From assembly GCA_903922465.1 (NCBI GenBank), contig CAIXTV010000054.1:18278-82277 (forward strand): DNA of 64,000 nt, in the 5' to 3' direction. The stretch comes from an uncultured bacterium. GTDB lineage: Bacteria > Bacteroidota > Bacteroidia > Bacteroidales > CAIXTV01. Positions 9,766 through 20,300 of this stretch are shown here, piece after piece. The position numbers and the translations under genes were made by a program. The notes under the pieces were generated by a model that was not told the DNA's origin, made no database searches, and saw nothing but the letters and a program-made list of their open reading frames with translations. Numbering within the stretch: the first letter of the stretch is position 1; every line of letters begins with the position of its first letter.

Positions 9766-11121
9766 ATGAAAAATTTGGTTTTATCACTAATCGTAATTTT
9801 AATCCTTGGGAGTTGTAAAAACTCTGGTAACGGGGAATTAATTGGTGTACAAAACAGAGAACGTTTCTATCAACCTGACCCTTATGGCATGTTATTTATC
9901 CCAATGGGGAGTTACACTATGGGTGCAGGCGATCAAGATGTTCCATATGCGCATGTACAACAATCCAAAACTGTTTCAGTTCAATCCTTTTTTATGGATG
10001 AGACAGAAATCACTAACAATGAGTACAGACAATTTGTACATTGGGTTAGAGATTCTATCGCCCATTTACTTTTAGGTAATGCTGGAATGGATAAACATTT
10101 AATCCAAGAAGATGAAAATGGAGAACAGATTAATCCTCCTTTTATCAATTGGAAAGAAAGAATTCGTTGGGGTGAAAAAGAAACTGAAGAAGCCATTCAG
10201 GAAATGTATTTACCTGAACACGAAAGATTTTATCGATTAAAAGAAATTGATTCCAGAAAACTAAATTTTGCATATTATTGGATAGACAAAAGAGCAGCAG
10301 CATTAAAGGATTTTAAATCTGAAGGAGCTGCAAATGCCTCAAGTTTTTCAAATCGTCCAAAAGGACTAAAAGATCGCTCCGTATTTATCAGAAAAGAAGT
10401 CATTAATGTTTATCCTGACACACTTGCCTGGATACATGACTTTACTTATTCATTTAACGAACCAATGCATGACAATTATTTCTGGCATCCGGCCTACGAT
10501 AATTATCCTGTAGTAGGAGTTAGCTGGAAACAAGCACGTGCTTTCTGTATTTGGAGGACACAGTTGATGAATTGGTATCGATATAATAACGATGAAGCAT
10601 TTGTTAATGAGTTTAGGTTACCTACAGAAGCCGAATGGGAATGGGCAGCACGTGGTGGAATGTCCCTAAGTCCATTTCCTTGGGGTGGTCCATATATTCG
10701 TAACAGCAATGGATGCTTCCTTGGTAATTACAAACCACTTCGTGGAAATTACGTTGATGATGGAGGATTTCATACAGTTATTGTAGGACATTATGCACCT
10801 AACGATTTTGGTCTTTATGATATGGCAGGAAATGTTTCAGAATGGTGCGCCGATGCCTATGATGAATCTTCATACAACTTTACCCACGACCTAAATCCTT
10901 ATTACGCTTACGAAGCTGAAGCAAATGATCTGCCTGTTATGAAACGCAAAACTATAAGAGGAGGCTCTTGGAAAGATTTTGGTTTATATATGAGAGTAGA
11001 TACACGTTCATATGAATTTCAAGACACAGGAAAATGTTATGTAGGTTTCCGCTGTGTTCAAACTTATTTGGGTCGTCAAAAGGATGATAATCCTTCTAAT
11101 GCATCTAATGTTTACAATTAA
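9766..11121 (+). CDS. gldK: Gliding motility / T9SS lipoprotein GldK (PorK)
   Basis: Lipoprotein signal (LILGSC). FGE-sulfatase/SUMF1-type motifs YPVVGVSWKQARAFCIW, RLPTEAEWEWAARGG, GNVSEWCAD and RGGSW. Start taken at ATG 9766 rather than TTG 9718. Confidence 0.9.
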   Translation: MKNLVLSLIVILILGSCKNSGNGELIGVQNRERFYQPDPYGMLFIPMGSYTMGAGDQDVPYAHVQQSKTVSVQSFFMDETEITNNEYRQFVHWVRDSIAHLLLGNAGMDKHLIQEDENGEQINPPFINWKERIRWGEKETEEAIQEMYLPEHERFYRLKEIDSRKLNFAYYWIDKRAAALKDFKSEGAANASSFSNRPKGLKDRSVFIRKEVINVYPDTLAWIHDFTYSFNEPMHDNYFWHPAYDNYPVVGVSWKQARAFCIWRTQLMNWYRYNNDEAFVNEFRLPTEAEWEWAARGGMSLSPFPWGGPYIRNSNGCFLGNYKPLRGNYVDDGGFHTVIVGHYAPNDFGLYDMAGNVSEWCADAYDESSYNFTHDLNPYYAYEAEANDLPVMKRKTIRGGSWKDFGLYMRVDTRSYEFQDTGKCYVGFRCVQTYLGRQKDDNPSNASNVYN

Positions 11122-11172
11122 TAATCACTAAATAATCTAAATACTAAAAATCATTTTAATTTAATCAACATT

Positions 11173-12060
11173 ATGGGAATTAATAACATAGTTAGAAGTA
11201 AGGGCTATAAAGCTTTCATGACAAAACTTTATGGATGGGGCGCATCAGTAGTAATTATCGGAGCCTTATTCAAAATCAATCACTATCCATTTGCAAATGA
11301 AATGCTCATTGTTGGGCTAGGGACAGAATCCCTTATATTCTTTTTCTCTGCGTTTGAACCTCTACATCGTGAATGGGATTGGTCATTAGTATATCCTGAA
11401 CTTGCTGGTCTTGAAGAAGAAACAACTAAAAAAGGAAAAGATAAAAATCTTCCTGTTACTCAACAATTAGATAAGATGCTTGCTGAAGCTAAAGTTGGTC
11501 CTGAACTTATTGAAAGCCTTGCAAACGGAATGAGAAATTTAAGTGAAAATGCAAATAAATTAGGCGTTGTTTCTGATGCTGCTTTTGCCACTGATAGCTA
11601 TGTGAGTAATTTACAGGCTGCTTCTGAATCAGTTCAACAACTTTCAAATGCATATAATAAAACGGCTGAAGCTTTAGGTAAAGATATTAACTCTTCAGAA
11701 GAATACTTAATGAATGTTCAAAAAGCATCTTCAGCAGTTGGTAATCTAGCATCTATTTATGATGAAACTTCGCGTTCACTTAAGAGTGATGGAAATTCTT
11801 ATAACGAACAGCTACAAAAAATTGCTGGTAATTTAACTTCATTAAATACTTTATATGAATTACAAATTCAAAGCTCAAATAAACAAATTGAAGAAACCAG
11901 TAAGATTCAGGAAAATATTACTAAGTTTATGGGTAATTTAAATGCTTCGGTTGAAAATACTATAAAGTATAAAGACCAAGTAGAAATGTTAACCAAAAAT
12001 GTTTCCGCATTAAATAGCGTTTATGGCAATATGCTTGCCGCGATGAACGTAACTCGTTAA
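11173..12060 (+). CDS. gldL: Gliding motility / T9SS motor protein GldL (PorL)
   Basis: Two N-terminal TM helices (YGWGASVVIIGALFKINHYP...) followed by a coiled cytoplasmic tail. Conserved gldK-L-M-N order. Confidence 0.9.
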   Translation: MGINNIVRSKGYKAFMTKLYGWGASVVIIGALFKINHYPFANEMLIVGLGTESLIFFFSAFEPLHREWDWSLVYPELAGLEEETTKKGKDKNLPVTQQLDKMLAEAKVGPELIESLANGMRNLSENANKLGVVSDAAFATDSYVSNLQAASESVQQLSNAYNKTAEALGKDINSSEEYLMNVQKASSAVGNLASIYDETSRSLKSDGNSYNEQLQKIAGNLTSLNTLYELQIQSSNKQIEETSKIQENITKFMGNLNASVENTIKYKDQVEMLTKNVSALNSVYGNMLAAMNVTR

Positions 12061-12102
12061 TTCAAAAAACTTAAGTAATCATAACTAAATCAACATAACA
12101 AT

Positions 12103-13716
12103 ATGGGTGCAACTAATTGTCCGGAAACCCCGAGACAACGAATGATCTCGATGATGTACTTGGTTTTAACTGCGCTATTAGCACTTAATGTTTCAAAAGA
12201 AGTATTAGAAGCTTTTGTGACAGTTAACGAAACCATGGAAGTTACTAATGAAAACTTCACAAAAAAAATTAATAATAGTTACGCTAATTTCGATAAAGCT
12301 AATTCTGAAGCTCCTGGTAAAGTAGGACCTTATTATAAGAAAGCAATGGAAGCCAAGAAAATATCGAAAGATTTAATTGACTACATTTATGACATTAAAG
12401 CTGAACTCATTGCTAAAGTTCAAGATATTCCTAAAGAAGAAGCTAAGACTTTTCCCTTAAAGAAAGTAAATAGGAAAGACAACTATGATGATCCAACTAA
12501 CTATTTTATTGGTGATTCACAAGATGGGTCTAAGGGTAAATCATTAGAATTGAAAAACAAAATCAATGATTTTAGAACCAAAATGATAGCTTTATTGGAC
12601 ATTAAAGTGCAAGACCACTACAGCAAATCATTAGGTTTAAAAACTGAAGGGCCTTATGAGGATGCTGATGGTAAAGTTCAAAACTGGGAAATGCACCATT
12701 TTTATCATACCATTATGGCTGCAACAGTAACCATTTTAAATAAACTAGTAGCTGAAGTTAAGAATGTTGAATTCGACATTATATCTCAACTATATACATC
12801 TGTTAGTGCAGCAGACTTTAAATTTGATAAAATCATGGCTAAGGTTGTTCCTAAATCAAGCTATGTATTAGTTGGTGATAATTACGAAGCAGATATTTTT
12901 GTTGCAGCTTTAGATACTAAACAAAATCCTGAGGTTTTAATCGGTTCGGGCGTTGATACTTCTACTAATAAAATACTAGGAGGTGCACGTACAGTTGAAG
13001 CAGTTGAAGGGATTGGTAAATTAAAAATACCTGCTGGTGCTGAAGGTCTTCAGAAATTTGGTGGATTAATTAATGTGAAATCACCTTCAGGTGGAATCCT
13101 TTCATATCCTTTTCAAGAAGAATATATTGTTGGCAGACCTTCTGCAACTGTTGCGGCTGATGCTATGAATGTATTTTATGTTGGAGTTGAAAACCCTGTT
13201 ACTATCTCTGTACCTGGTGTTCCTTTTGAAAAAATAAGAGCCAATATGACTAATGGAACCTTGACCCCAAAAGGCAAAGGAAAATATGTTGTAAAAGTTA
13301 CTACTCCTGGTCAAAAAGCTATGGTTAACATTTCTGCTGATTTCGGTGGTACTGTTAAACCAATGGGTAAATCAGAATTTCGTATTAAACGAGTTCCTAG
13401 CCCAACAGCTATGGTTGGTGGTATTTCCGAAGGTGTAATTTCTAAAGATAAGCTAGCTGCATCTGGTGGTATCATTCCACAAATGCCACAGGATTTCGAA
13501 TTTCAATTAAACTTTATCATTACTTCCTATTCGTTTGTTATTAGCAAAGGTGGTGAAGTATCTGAAAAAATTATTAAAGGAAATAAATTTACATCTGAGG
13601 TTATTAGTGCTATTAAATCAGCAAGCCGCGGACAAAAAATTTGGTTTGAAAATATATCTGCACAAGGTCCTGATGGAACACGTAAATTGTCTCCTATCAG
13701 TTTAAGACTTAATTAA
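12103..13716 (+). CDS. gldM: Gliding motility / T9SS protein GldM (PorM)
   Basis: N-terminal PRQRMISMMYLVLTALLALNVS anchor typical of GldM, then a long periplasmic region. Operon position. Confidence 0.9.
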   Translation: MGATNCPETPRQRMISMMYLVLTALLALNVSKEVLEAFVTVNETMEVTNENFTKKINNSYANFDKANSEAPGKVGPYYKKAMEAKKISKDLIDYIYDIKAELIAKVQDIPKEEAKTFPLKKVNRKDNYDDPTNYFIGDSQDGSKGKSLELKNKINDFRTKMIALLDIKVQDHYSKSLGLKTEGPYEDADGKVQNWEMHHFYHTIMAATVTILNKLVAEVKNVEFDIISQLYTSVSAADFKFDKIMAKVVPKSSYVLVGDNYEADIFVAALDTKQNPEVLIGSGVDTSTNKILGGARTVEAVEGIGKLKIPAGAEGLQKFGGLINVKSPSGGILSYPFQEEYIVGRPSATVAADAMNVFYVGVENPVTISVPGVPFEKIRANMTNGTLTPKGKGKYVVKVTTPGQKAMVNISADFGGTVKPMGKSEFRIKRVPSPTAMVGGISEGVISKDKLAASGGIIPQMPQDFEFQLNFIITSYSFVISKGGEVSEKIIKGNKFTSEVISAIKSASRGQKIWFENISAQGPDGTRKLSPISLRLN

Positions 13717-13737
13717 TAATAATTAATGGAGGTTACC

Positions 13738-14598
13738 ATGAAAAATGTTTTGTTTAATGTACTCGTATTCATGTTGTTTGGTTTAGGTTCTTCCTATGCG
13801 CAACAACAAGTGTTTGATGCTCCCCCAAGGGACGGAGTTTACGATAAAATTAATGTTCAGAATCATAAATCCGTACCCTATGTTGACGTCAGGGAAGCTG
13901 ACGTAATGTGGGAAAAAAGAATTTGGAGAGTTATTGATTTAAAAGAAAAAATCAACCATCCTCTTTATTACCCTGAAAAACCACATAATAATTGGAGAAG
14001 TTTAATTACCATACTTTTGGATGCTCTCAAAGAAGGTGCAATTACCGCTTATGATGCTCCAATTGGTGGAACGGATGAATTTCTACAACCTCTAACGTAT
14101 CAGCAAATAGAACAAAATCTTAACAGACAGGATACTCAACAGCTTACGCGCACTGAGCCTCCTTATGATACTTATGATACTGTTATTGCTATTACTTTTA
14201 ATCCAATGGATATTAAGCAATTTAAGCTTAAAGAAGATTGGTTTATTGATAAACAACGTTCTGTTTTAGATGTTCGTATTGTTGGTCTCTGCCCAATGGT
14301 TGCTTCTAAAGATGAAAAAGGTGAAGATAGAGGTGTTAAGGCTATTTGCTGGTTCTACTTCCCTGAGCTAAGAAACATTTTAGCTCATCAGGAAGTGTAT
14401 AATAGATATAATGATGCGGCACGTTTTAGCTTCGATGATTTATTCTGGAAAAGAATGTTTGGCAGCTATGTTATTAAAGAATCTAACGTTTATGATCGTT
14501 CAATAAATGAATATCTTCTAGGTATGGACGCTTTATTAGAAGCTGAAAAAATTAAAGACAATATCTTTAAATTTGAACACGATCTTTGGGAATACTAA
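13738..14598 (+). CDS. gldN: Gliding motility / T9SS protein GldN (PorN)
   Basis: Signal peptide MKNVLFNVLVFMLFGLGSSYAQQ. Last gene of the gldKLMN block. ATG 13738 is preceded by GGAGG; an alternative ATG lies at 13726. Confidence 0.85.
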   Translation: MKNVLFNVLVFMLFGLGSSYAQQQVFDAPPRDGVYDKINVQNHKSVPYVDVREADVMWEKRIWRVIDLKEKINHPLYYPEKPHNNWRSLITILLDALKEGAITAYDAPIGGTDEFLQPLTYQQIEQNLNRQDTQQLTRTEPPYDTYDTVIAITFNPMDIKQFKLKEDWFIDKQRSVLDVRIVGLCPMVASKDEKGEDRGVKAICWFYFPELRNILAHQEVYNRYNDAARFSFDDLFWKRMFGSYVIKESNVYDRSINEYLLGMDALLEAEKIKDNIFKFEHDLWEY

Positions 14599-14616
14599 AA
14601 TCTAAAGACTTAAAAG

Positions 14617-14650
14617 AACTCCCTGTATGGTAAATTCAGGGAGTTTTTTT
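14617..14650 (+). terminator. Rho-independent terminator after gldN
   Basis: AACTCCCTG / CAGGGAGTT stem followed by a T7 run. Confidence 0.7.
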
Positions 14651-14668
14651 GTTTTTGACTGTACATAA

Positions 14669-16777
14669 ATGAGCCATTTTAATTTTCTTCAAACTTCTAT
14701 TGAGTTTCTAAAAGGAGTCGGACCTGCAAGGGCCGAGATACTTAAGAAAGAATTAGGTATATACAATTACTCTGATTTGCTAACTCATTATCCCTTTCGC
14801 TATATTGATAAAACGAAGTTCAATACCATAAATGAAATCAGAGACGATGCATCTTGGGTTCAAATAAAAGGAATTATTCAGTGGGTTGGTGAATTGGGCG
14901 AAAAACATGGTAAGCGTTTCATAGCAAAACTTGTTGACGAAACCGGTGAAATTGAGCTCGTTTGGTTTAAGGGTGTCAATTGGGTTAAAGATAAAATACA
15001 TGTAGGTACTGAATACACTATTTTTGGTAAACCGTCTTTATTCAACAATAAATTCAATTTTGTGCACCCTGAAATAGAAGTGAGTAGCGAAGATGTCGTT
15101 GTGCAAACGGTGAAATTCTATCCTTTTTACAGCAGTACTGAAAAAGCTAAAGCTAAAGGTCTTGATAGTAAAGGAATCAGTCGGTTGACTTTTACTTTAC
15201 TGAACCTATGTGCAGGAAATATTCCTGAGAACTTACCTCAGCCTCTTCGAGTAGAACATCATCTAATCGATAGAGAAAGTGCAATTAGTCAAATTCATTT
15301 CCCTGATAATTTCGAAAAACTTTCGAAAGCCGTTCTTCGTTTGAAATTTGAAGAGCTTTTCTTCATTCAAATTCAACTTTTTAAAAGTAAATACATTCGA
15401 ATTCGGAAAAATAAAGGCTTTATCTTTTCAAAAGTTGGTGAATATTTCAATTTATTTTATTCTAAGTTTCTACCGTTTGAACTCACTGGCGCTCAGAAAA
15501 AAGTGATTAAAGAGATAAGAGCTGATATGGGTAGTGGCAAGCAAATGAACCGTCTACTTCAAGGGGATGTTGGAAGTGGAAAGACGCTTGTTGCCTTAAT
15601 GTGTATGTTGATTGCGATGGATAATAATTTTCAAGTTTGCCTAATGGCGCCTACCGAAATATTAGCTCAACAGCATTTAAAAACCCTTACTCGATTTCTT
15701 AATGAAATGGGCATACGTATTGATTTACTTACAGGTACTGTTAAAGGAAAAAAACGTAAAATTTTGCTGGAAGCGCTACAAAATGGGGAGATCGACATAT
15801 TAATCGGAACACATGCTCTTATTGAAGACTCTGTTCAGTTTAAAAATTTAGGCTTAGTGGTAATCGATGAACAACATAGGTTTGGGGTGGCCCAAAGAGC
15901 AAAAATGTGGAATAAAAATGAAGTTTTTCCTCATGTGCTTGTTATGACAGCCACCCCTATTCCAAGGACTTTGGCGATGACAGTGTATGGTGATTTGGAT
16001 ATAAGTATTATTGACGAGTTGCCTCCGGGAAGGAAGGCGATTAAAACCTTGCATTATTTTGATAATGCCCGATTAAAAGTTTTGGGCTTTATTAGAAGCC
16101 AAATTAAATTAGGCAGACAGGTGTATGTGGTGTATCCTCTTATCGAAGAGTCGGAGAAACTCGATTTGCTGCATTTAAACGATGGCTATGAAAGTTTGAG
16201 TCGTGACTTCCCTTTGCCCGAATTCGCCATCAGTATGGTGCATGGGAGGCTCTCAGCAGAGGTAAAGGATTTCGAAATGCAACGTTTTGTCAGAAACGAA
16301 ACTCAAATCATGGTTGCAACAACGGTAATTGAAGTAGGAGTCGACATTCCGAACGCAAGCATCATGATAGTTGAAAATGCGGAACGCTTTGGCCTTTCGC
16401 AACTTCATCAACTCAGGGGGCGAGTAGGACGTGGTTCGGAGCAATCCTATTGCATTCTGATGACAAGCTATAAATTGACCGAAGAGGGTAAAAAAAGAAT
16501 TGAGACTTTAGTTAGAACTAACAATGGATTTGAAGTTGCCGAAGTTGATTTACAATTGAGGGGGCCCGGAGATATGGCTGGCCTTATGCAAAGCGGTATG
16601 ATTAATTTGAAAATAGCTAATTTAGTAAAAGATGAACAAATCATTAAATTAGCAAGAGATTCAGCTTCTCAAATTATTGAAAATGACCCAGAACTCGAAA
16701 ACTTTGAAAATAAACCCTTGCTGTGGCATTTGCAGGAAATTGAAAAAACAAGTGGAAATTGGAGCAGTATTAGTTGA
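14669..16777 (+). CDS. recG: ATP-dependent DNA helicase RecG
   Basis: 702 aa. Wedge/OB N-terminus, Walker A GDVGSGKT, DEQHRFG, and QLRGRVGRG in helicase motif VI. Confidence 0.95.
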   Translation: MSHFNFLQTSIEFLKGVGPARAEILKKELGIYNYSDLLTHYPFRYIDKTKFNTINEIRDDASWVQIKGIIQWVGELGEKHGKRFIAKLVDETGEIELVWFKGVNWVKDKIHVGTEYTIFGKPSLFNNKFNFVHPEIEVSSEDVVVQTVKFYPFYSSTEKAKAKGLDSKGISRLTFTLLNLCAGNIPENLPQPLRVEHHLIDRESAISQIHFPDNFEKLSKAVLRLKFEELFFIQIQLFKSKYIRIRKNKGFIFSKVGEYFNLFYSKFLPFELTGAQKKVIKEIRADMGSGKQMNRLLQGDVGSGKTLVALMCMLIAMDNNFQVCLMAPTEILAQQHLKTLTRFLNEMGIRIDLLTGTVKGKKRKILLEALQNGEIDILIGTHALIEDSVQFKNLGLVVIDEQHRFGVAQRAKMWNKNEVFPHVLVMTATPIPRTLAMTVYGDLDISIIDELPPGRKAIKTLHYFDNARLKVLGFIRSQIKLGRQVYVVYPLIEESEKLDLLHLNDGYESLSRDFPLPEFAISMVHGRLSAEVKDFEMQRFVRNETQIMVATTVIEVGVDIPNASIMIVENAERFGLSQLHQLRGRVGRGSEQSYCILMTSYKLTEEGKKRIETLVRTNNGFEVAEVDLQLRGPGDMAGLMQSGMINLKIANLVKDEQIIKLARDSASQIIENDPELENFENKPLLWHLQEIEKTSGNWSSIS

Positions 16778-16910
16778 TCTCTTTCATATTAAGCTAATAT
16801 TAAGCTAGTTTATTTTCCTCACCTTAAAAATTTATTCCATGCTACGAATAATAAATTGGGTTTATCCAAATTTATATTTACCCATTTTATGGAAAATTCC
16901 CTAAATTTAT

Positions 16911-17024
16911 AATTTGGTCAAGCAAATTGCAAATTTGGTCAGGCAAATTGCAAATTTGGTCGGGCAAATTGTCAATTTGGTCGGGCAAATTGCAAATTTG
17001 GTCGGGCAAATTGCAAATTTTGAC
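16911..17024. repeat. Tandem array, 21-bp period, 5 full units plus a partial (AATTTGGTCRGGCAAATTGCA)
   Basis: Units phased by hand at 16911, 16932, 16953, 16974 and 16995. Lies between the convergent 3' ends of recG and sprA. Confidence 0.95.
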
Positions 17025-17328
17025 TTAGAAAATTTGAATATTGTTGAATATCAGCAAATTAAAAATCGATATGTTTTCTTTTCTTGATATACATGAAATA
17101 AAAAAAGAAAATAAACGGCTAATTTCCATAAAAAGCTTTACGAAAACATATTCGCTTAAACAAAACCCACCTTCACTCCTTCTGTGCTGAATCTAAAAGT
17201 AACTTCTGATAATAAGTGTTTTGATGCTAATCTGTCCCTTTTTGATTTATAACCTCAAAGATATTTGAGTAAACAGAGCACCTCCTCCCGTTTTTATCGA
17301 TTAGGACGCAATCTTAAAAAAATAATTT

Positions 17329-20300
17329 TTATAAAGTAAACTTAATGCTAATACCCGTATTCATATTAGTAATAGGGAATTGTGATGAGACATAAGGAGT
17401 GTTAATCCTATCGTCGAAAAACAATTTAGCAGTGACTTTCTGACTAATTTGATATTCAGCAGAGACATTAATAGAGGTTAACGTTTGCCCCGAAGAGATT
17501 TGGTCGACGGCTTCAACTATCTTACGAAGTACGGTGCGATTGTCTCTTACCGAGAAATCAGCTTTTATATTCAAATCGCTCTTTTGCTTTTTCCCTTTAC
17601 TTGAACTTAAGCCAATAGCACGGAAAATATACTCTATATTTTTAATTCTGTAACCCAATCCAATTACAAATTCAGAACTGGTAACATCGGTTAGCTGATT
17701 GTTTGAGAAGCTCAAAGAGTAGTTTCTCGACTTCTTGTATTCGAACTTAGTTAGTAAGCTGTTCTTCCATGTCATGTCAATACTGATTAAGGGCGAAAAT
17801 TGCTCCGTAATCAAAATCATTCCGATTTCTTTAGATGGAAGATAATTCCCCAAAACATCTTTCACGTATTGATATCCATCAGCATCGGCTTGATATCTAA
17901 TATTAGTAATAAAAGAACCAACACTATATGATGAAGTATATCCATGCGAAAGTGTAATAGAGGAAAACCACTTCTTTATCATTTTAATTTTAGAAAGGCC
18001 AGTATAAGTAATTCTCCAATTGGGTAAAGGCAGAGTTGGAAAAGCTTTCAGAGAGACCTTAGAGGCATTTTTCCCGGCATAAGCTGCTAAAAAAGCAGGG
18101 ATGAGCACATCCTGAGATGTTGCACCATATCCCATTGGGAAATTAGTTGTGTCGTTTCGGGTTCCATCCCAATTGGGATTAGCACTGGCTAATCTATTGG
18201 CAATTTCCATTCTATAATCTTTAAAACGCTCAAATAATATACTGGAGTTTTCTTTATTGGTAACATCCGTAAAGGAAGTTCCAATCATCATAAACGACAT
18301 GCTGAAGTTACCAGTAGTGGTGGGTGAATATTGAGCGAATTGATTGCTTACACTATTATATTTATAATATTCCTGATGCATTTCAGTATAATTCCTATTG
18401 GCAGTCAGCTCAATTTTAAAATCGGGCAAAGGTTCCAATGTGGCACGGAAATTCAACACTTCAGACTTCTTGGTCAGATAAGGATAGTTCATCAGCGTGT
18501 CTGTAGTAAGCCAATTATTCATTACTGCGTCGGGTCTGATGTTCCTTTGTCCACCAAAAACAAAATCCAAACCCGGAGCACCTGAGCCAAAATCCTGCCC
18601 AACCATAACAGGTGATTTTGTAAAACCAGGCAAGAGTATACCTTCATTAATTGAATAATTAACGGATGCCGAACGGGCACTCATAATTAAACGTAAAGTA
18701 TTATCAAGAATTATTTTCAAATAGTTAGGGGTTTCAACAACTTCTGTCGAATCTAAATTCTTCCCAGTTTTAGGTGATTTAGCCGACGATTTAATTACAA
18801 TGCCTTTGGCGTTTTTAACAGGAATTGTTTCCTTCTTGGTAGAAGTTGACTGCCCTGAGTTAATCTTTTTGAGATAATCTATTTTATTATATAGGTTAAC
18901 AAAATTAAGATTAGCGTTCACTTGCTTTGTATTCGAGTTCTCAATAGTATTTCCCATTTCCTTTAACGACAAAGGAGAAGCCTCCCAACGATAAGTGCCA
19001 CCGTATTTAGCATTAACCGACACCCAATTAAGAATAGGGATTTTATTAATAGGAATAGTATAATTGATATCAATATTCTGATTGTAACGAGTCATACGAC
19101 CAAAGCCAAGAATATTATTGAATATCGAATCTTGTTTTGTTTTGGTATCAATTTTACCAGGAGGCTCATCAATACGGGCATTAGATGTCGCTGAATAATC
19201 AATTTTAAGCGATTGAGTTAGGTCATATTTAAGAGTATAAAACCTATTCCACTCGAAGATTTTAATATAACTTGGATCTATAATAACATTCCCAATACTT
19301 TTAGCACGCAGGAGTTTTTCAGAAAATTCCCGGTTAATGTCGGTACGGAAACCAAGGGTACGTGGTGCATAATAGAAATTAAAGTCTTTTACGGCGGCTA
19401 AAGATTTACTTTTTAAGAATTTAAACTTACTAAAAGGTCGAACATTCTTAGGATTCATTGAAAAGTTGTAGCCCAAACCACCAACGTGTTTCTTCTTAGT
19501 GTCGTATTCAATATCGATGTTTCTGTGACTAATTTCAGAATAGGCGTACGATAAATCAAAGTTTTCTACATCCCAAAGATGAACCTTGTTTGAAGAGCCG
19601 GTCCTATCCTTTCTCATATTCATGAAATTAATATTTTTCCGAATTGTAACGTCGTTTACAATGTTTTTTATTGAATCGCTTTGAAGACTATTGTCATAAG
19701 AATCAAGATCGGATTGAAGTTTAGTATCAGGATTGAGGGGATTGTATAAAGGTTTGTTGGTAATGTTCGAATAATCGTAATGCATTGGAATACGAACACC
19801 TGATTTTGCCCCTAAAAATTTGCCTAGTTCAAGATTGGTAGCAATGTCAAACTGTGTGATTTGTTCTTTTTGTCTTTCATTTATCTTTTTTTCAAGACTA
19901 CCAAAACCTGGTGTGCTAATCTGTCCTGCAACCTGTAAATCTCCAAGATCAGCGAGATTGGTGCGTATACGTGCAGTTGCGGCCCATCCCCCATACTCAT
20001 TAAAATCGGTTAGTCTTAATTCGTTCACCCAAATTTCAGCAGATTTAGGAAGCATATCATCATTATCGCCCAAAGCCTTCTTTTTCGGATTTCTAATACC
20101 TATCATGATGGTTCTGACATCAGCTATATTAGGAGCACCCATAACAGTGATTCGGTTGCTACCATCAGGAACAATATAAGGATTTGAAATTGACACGCCT
20201 GCAACGCTATTACGGAAATCGATATTCCGATTTTGTTTTGCATCAATAAACTTTTGCAATTCAATCTCCAATTGATTTTGATCGGGCCAAATTGAGCGAT

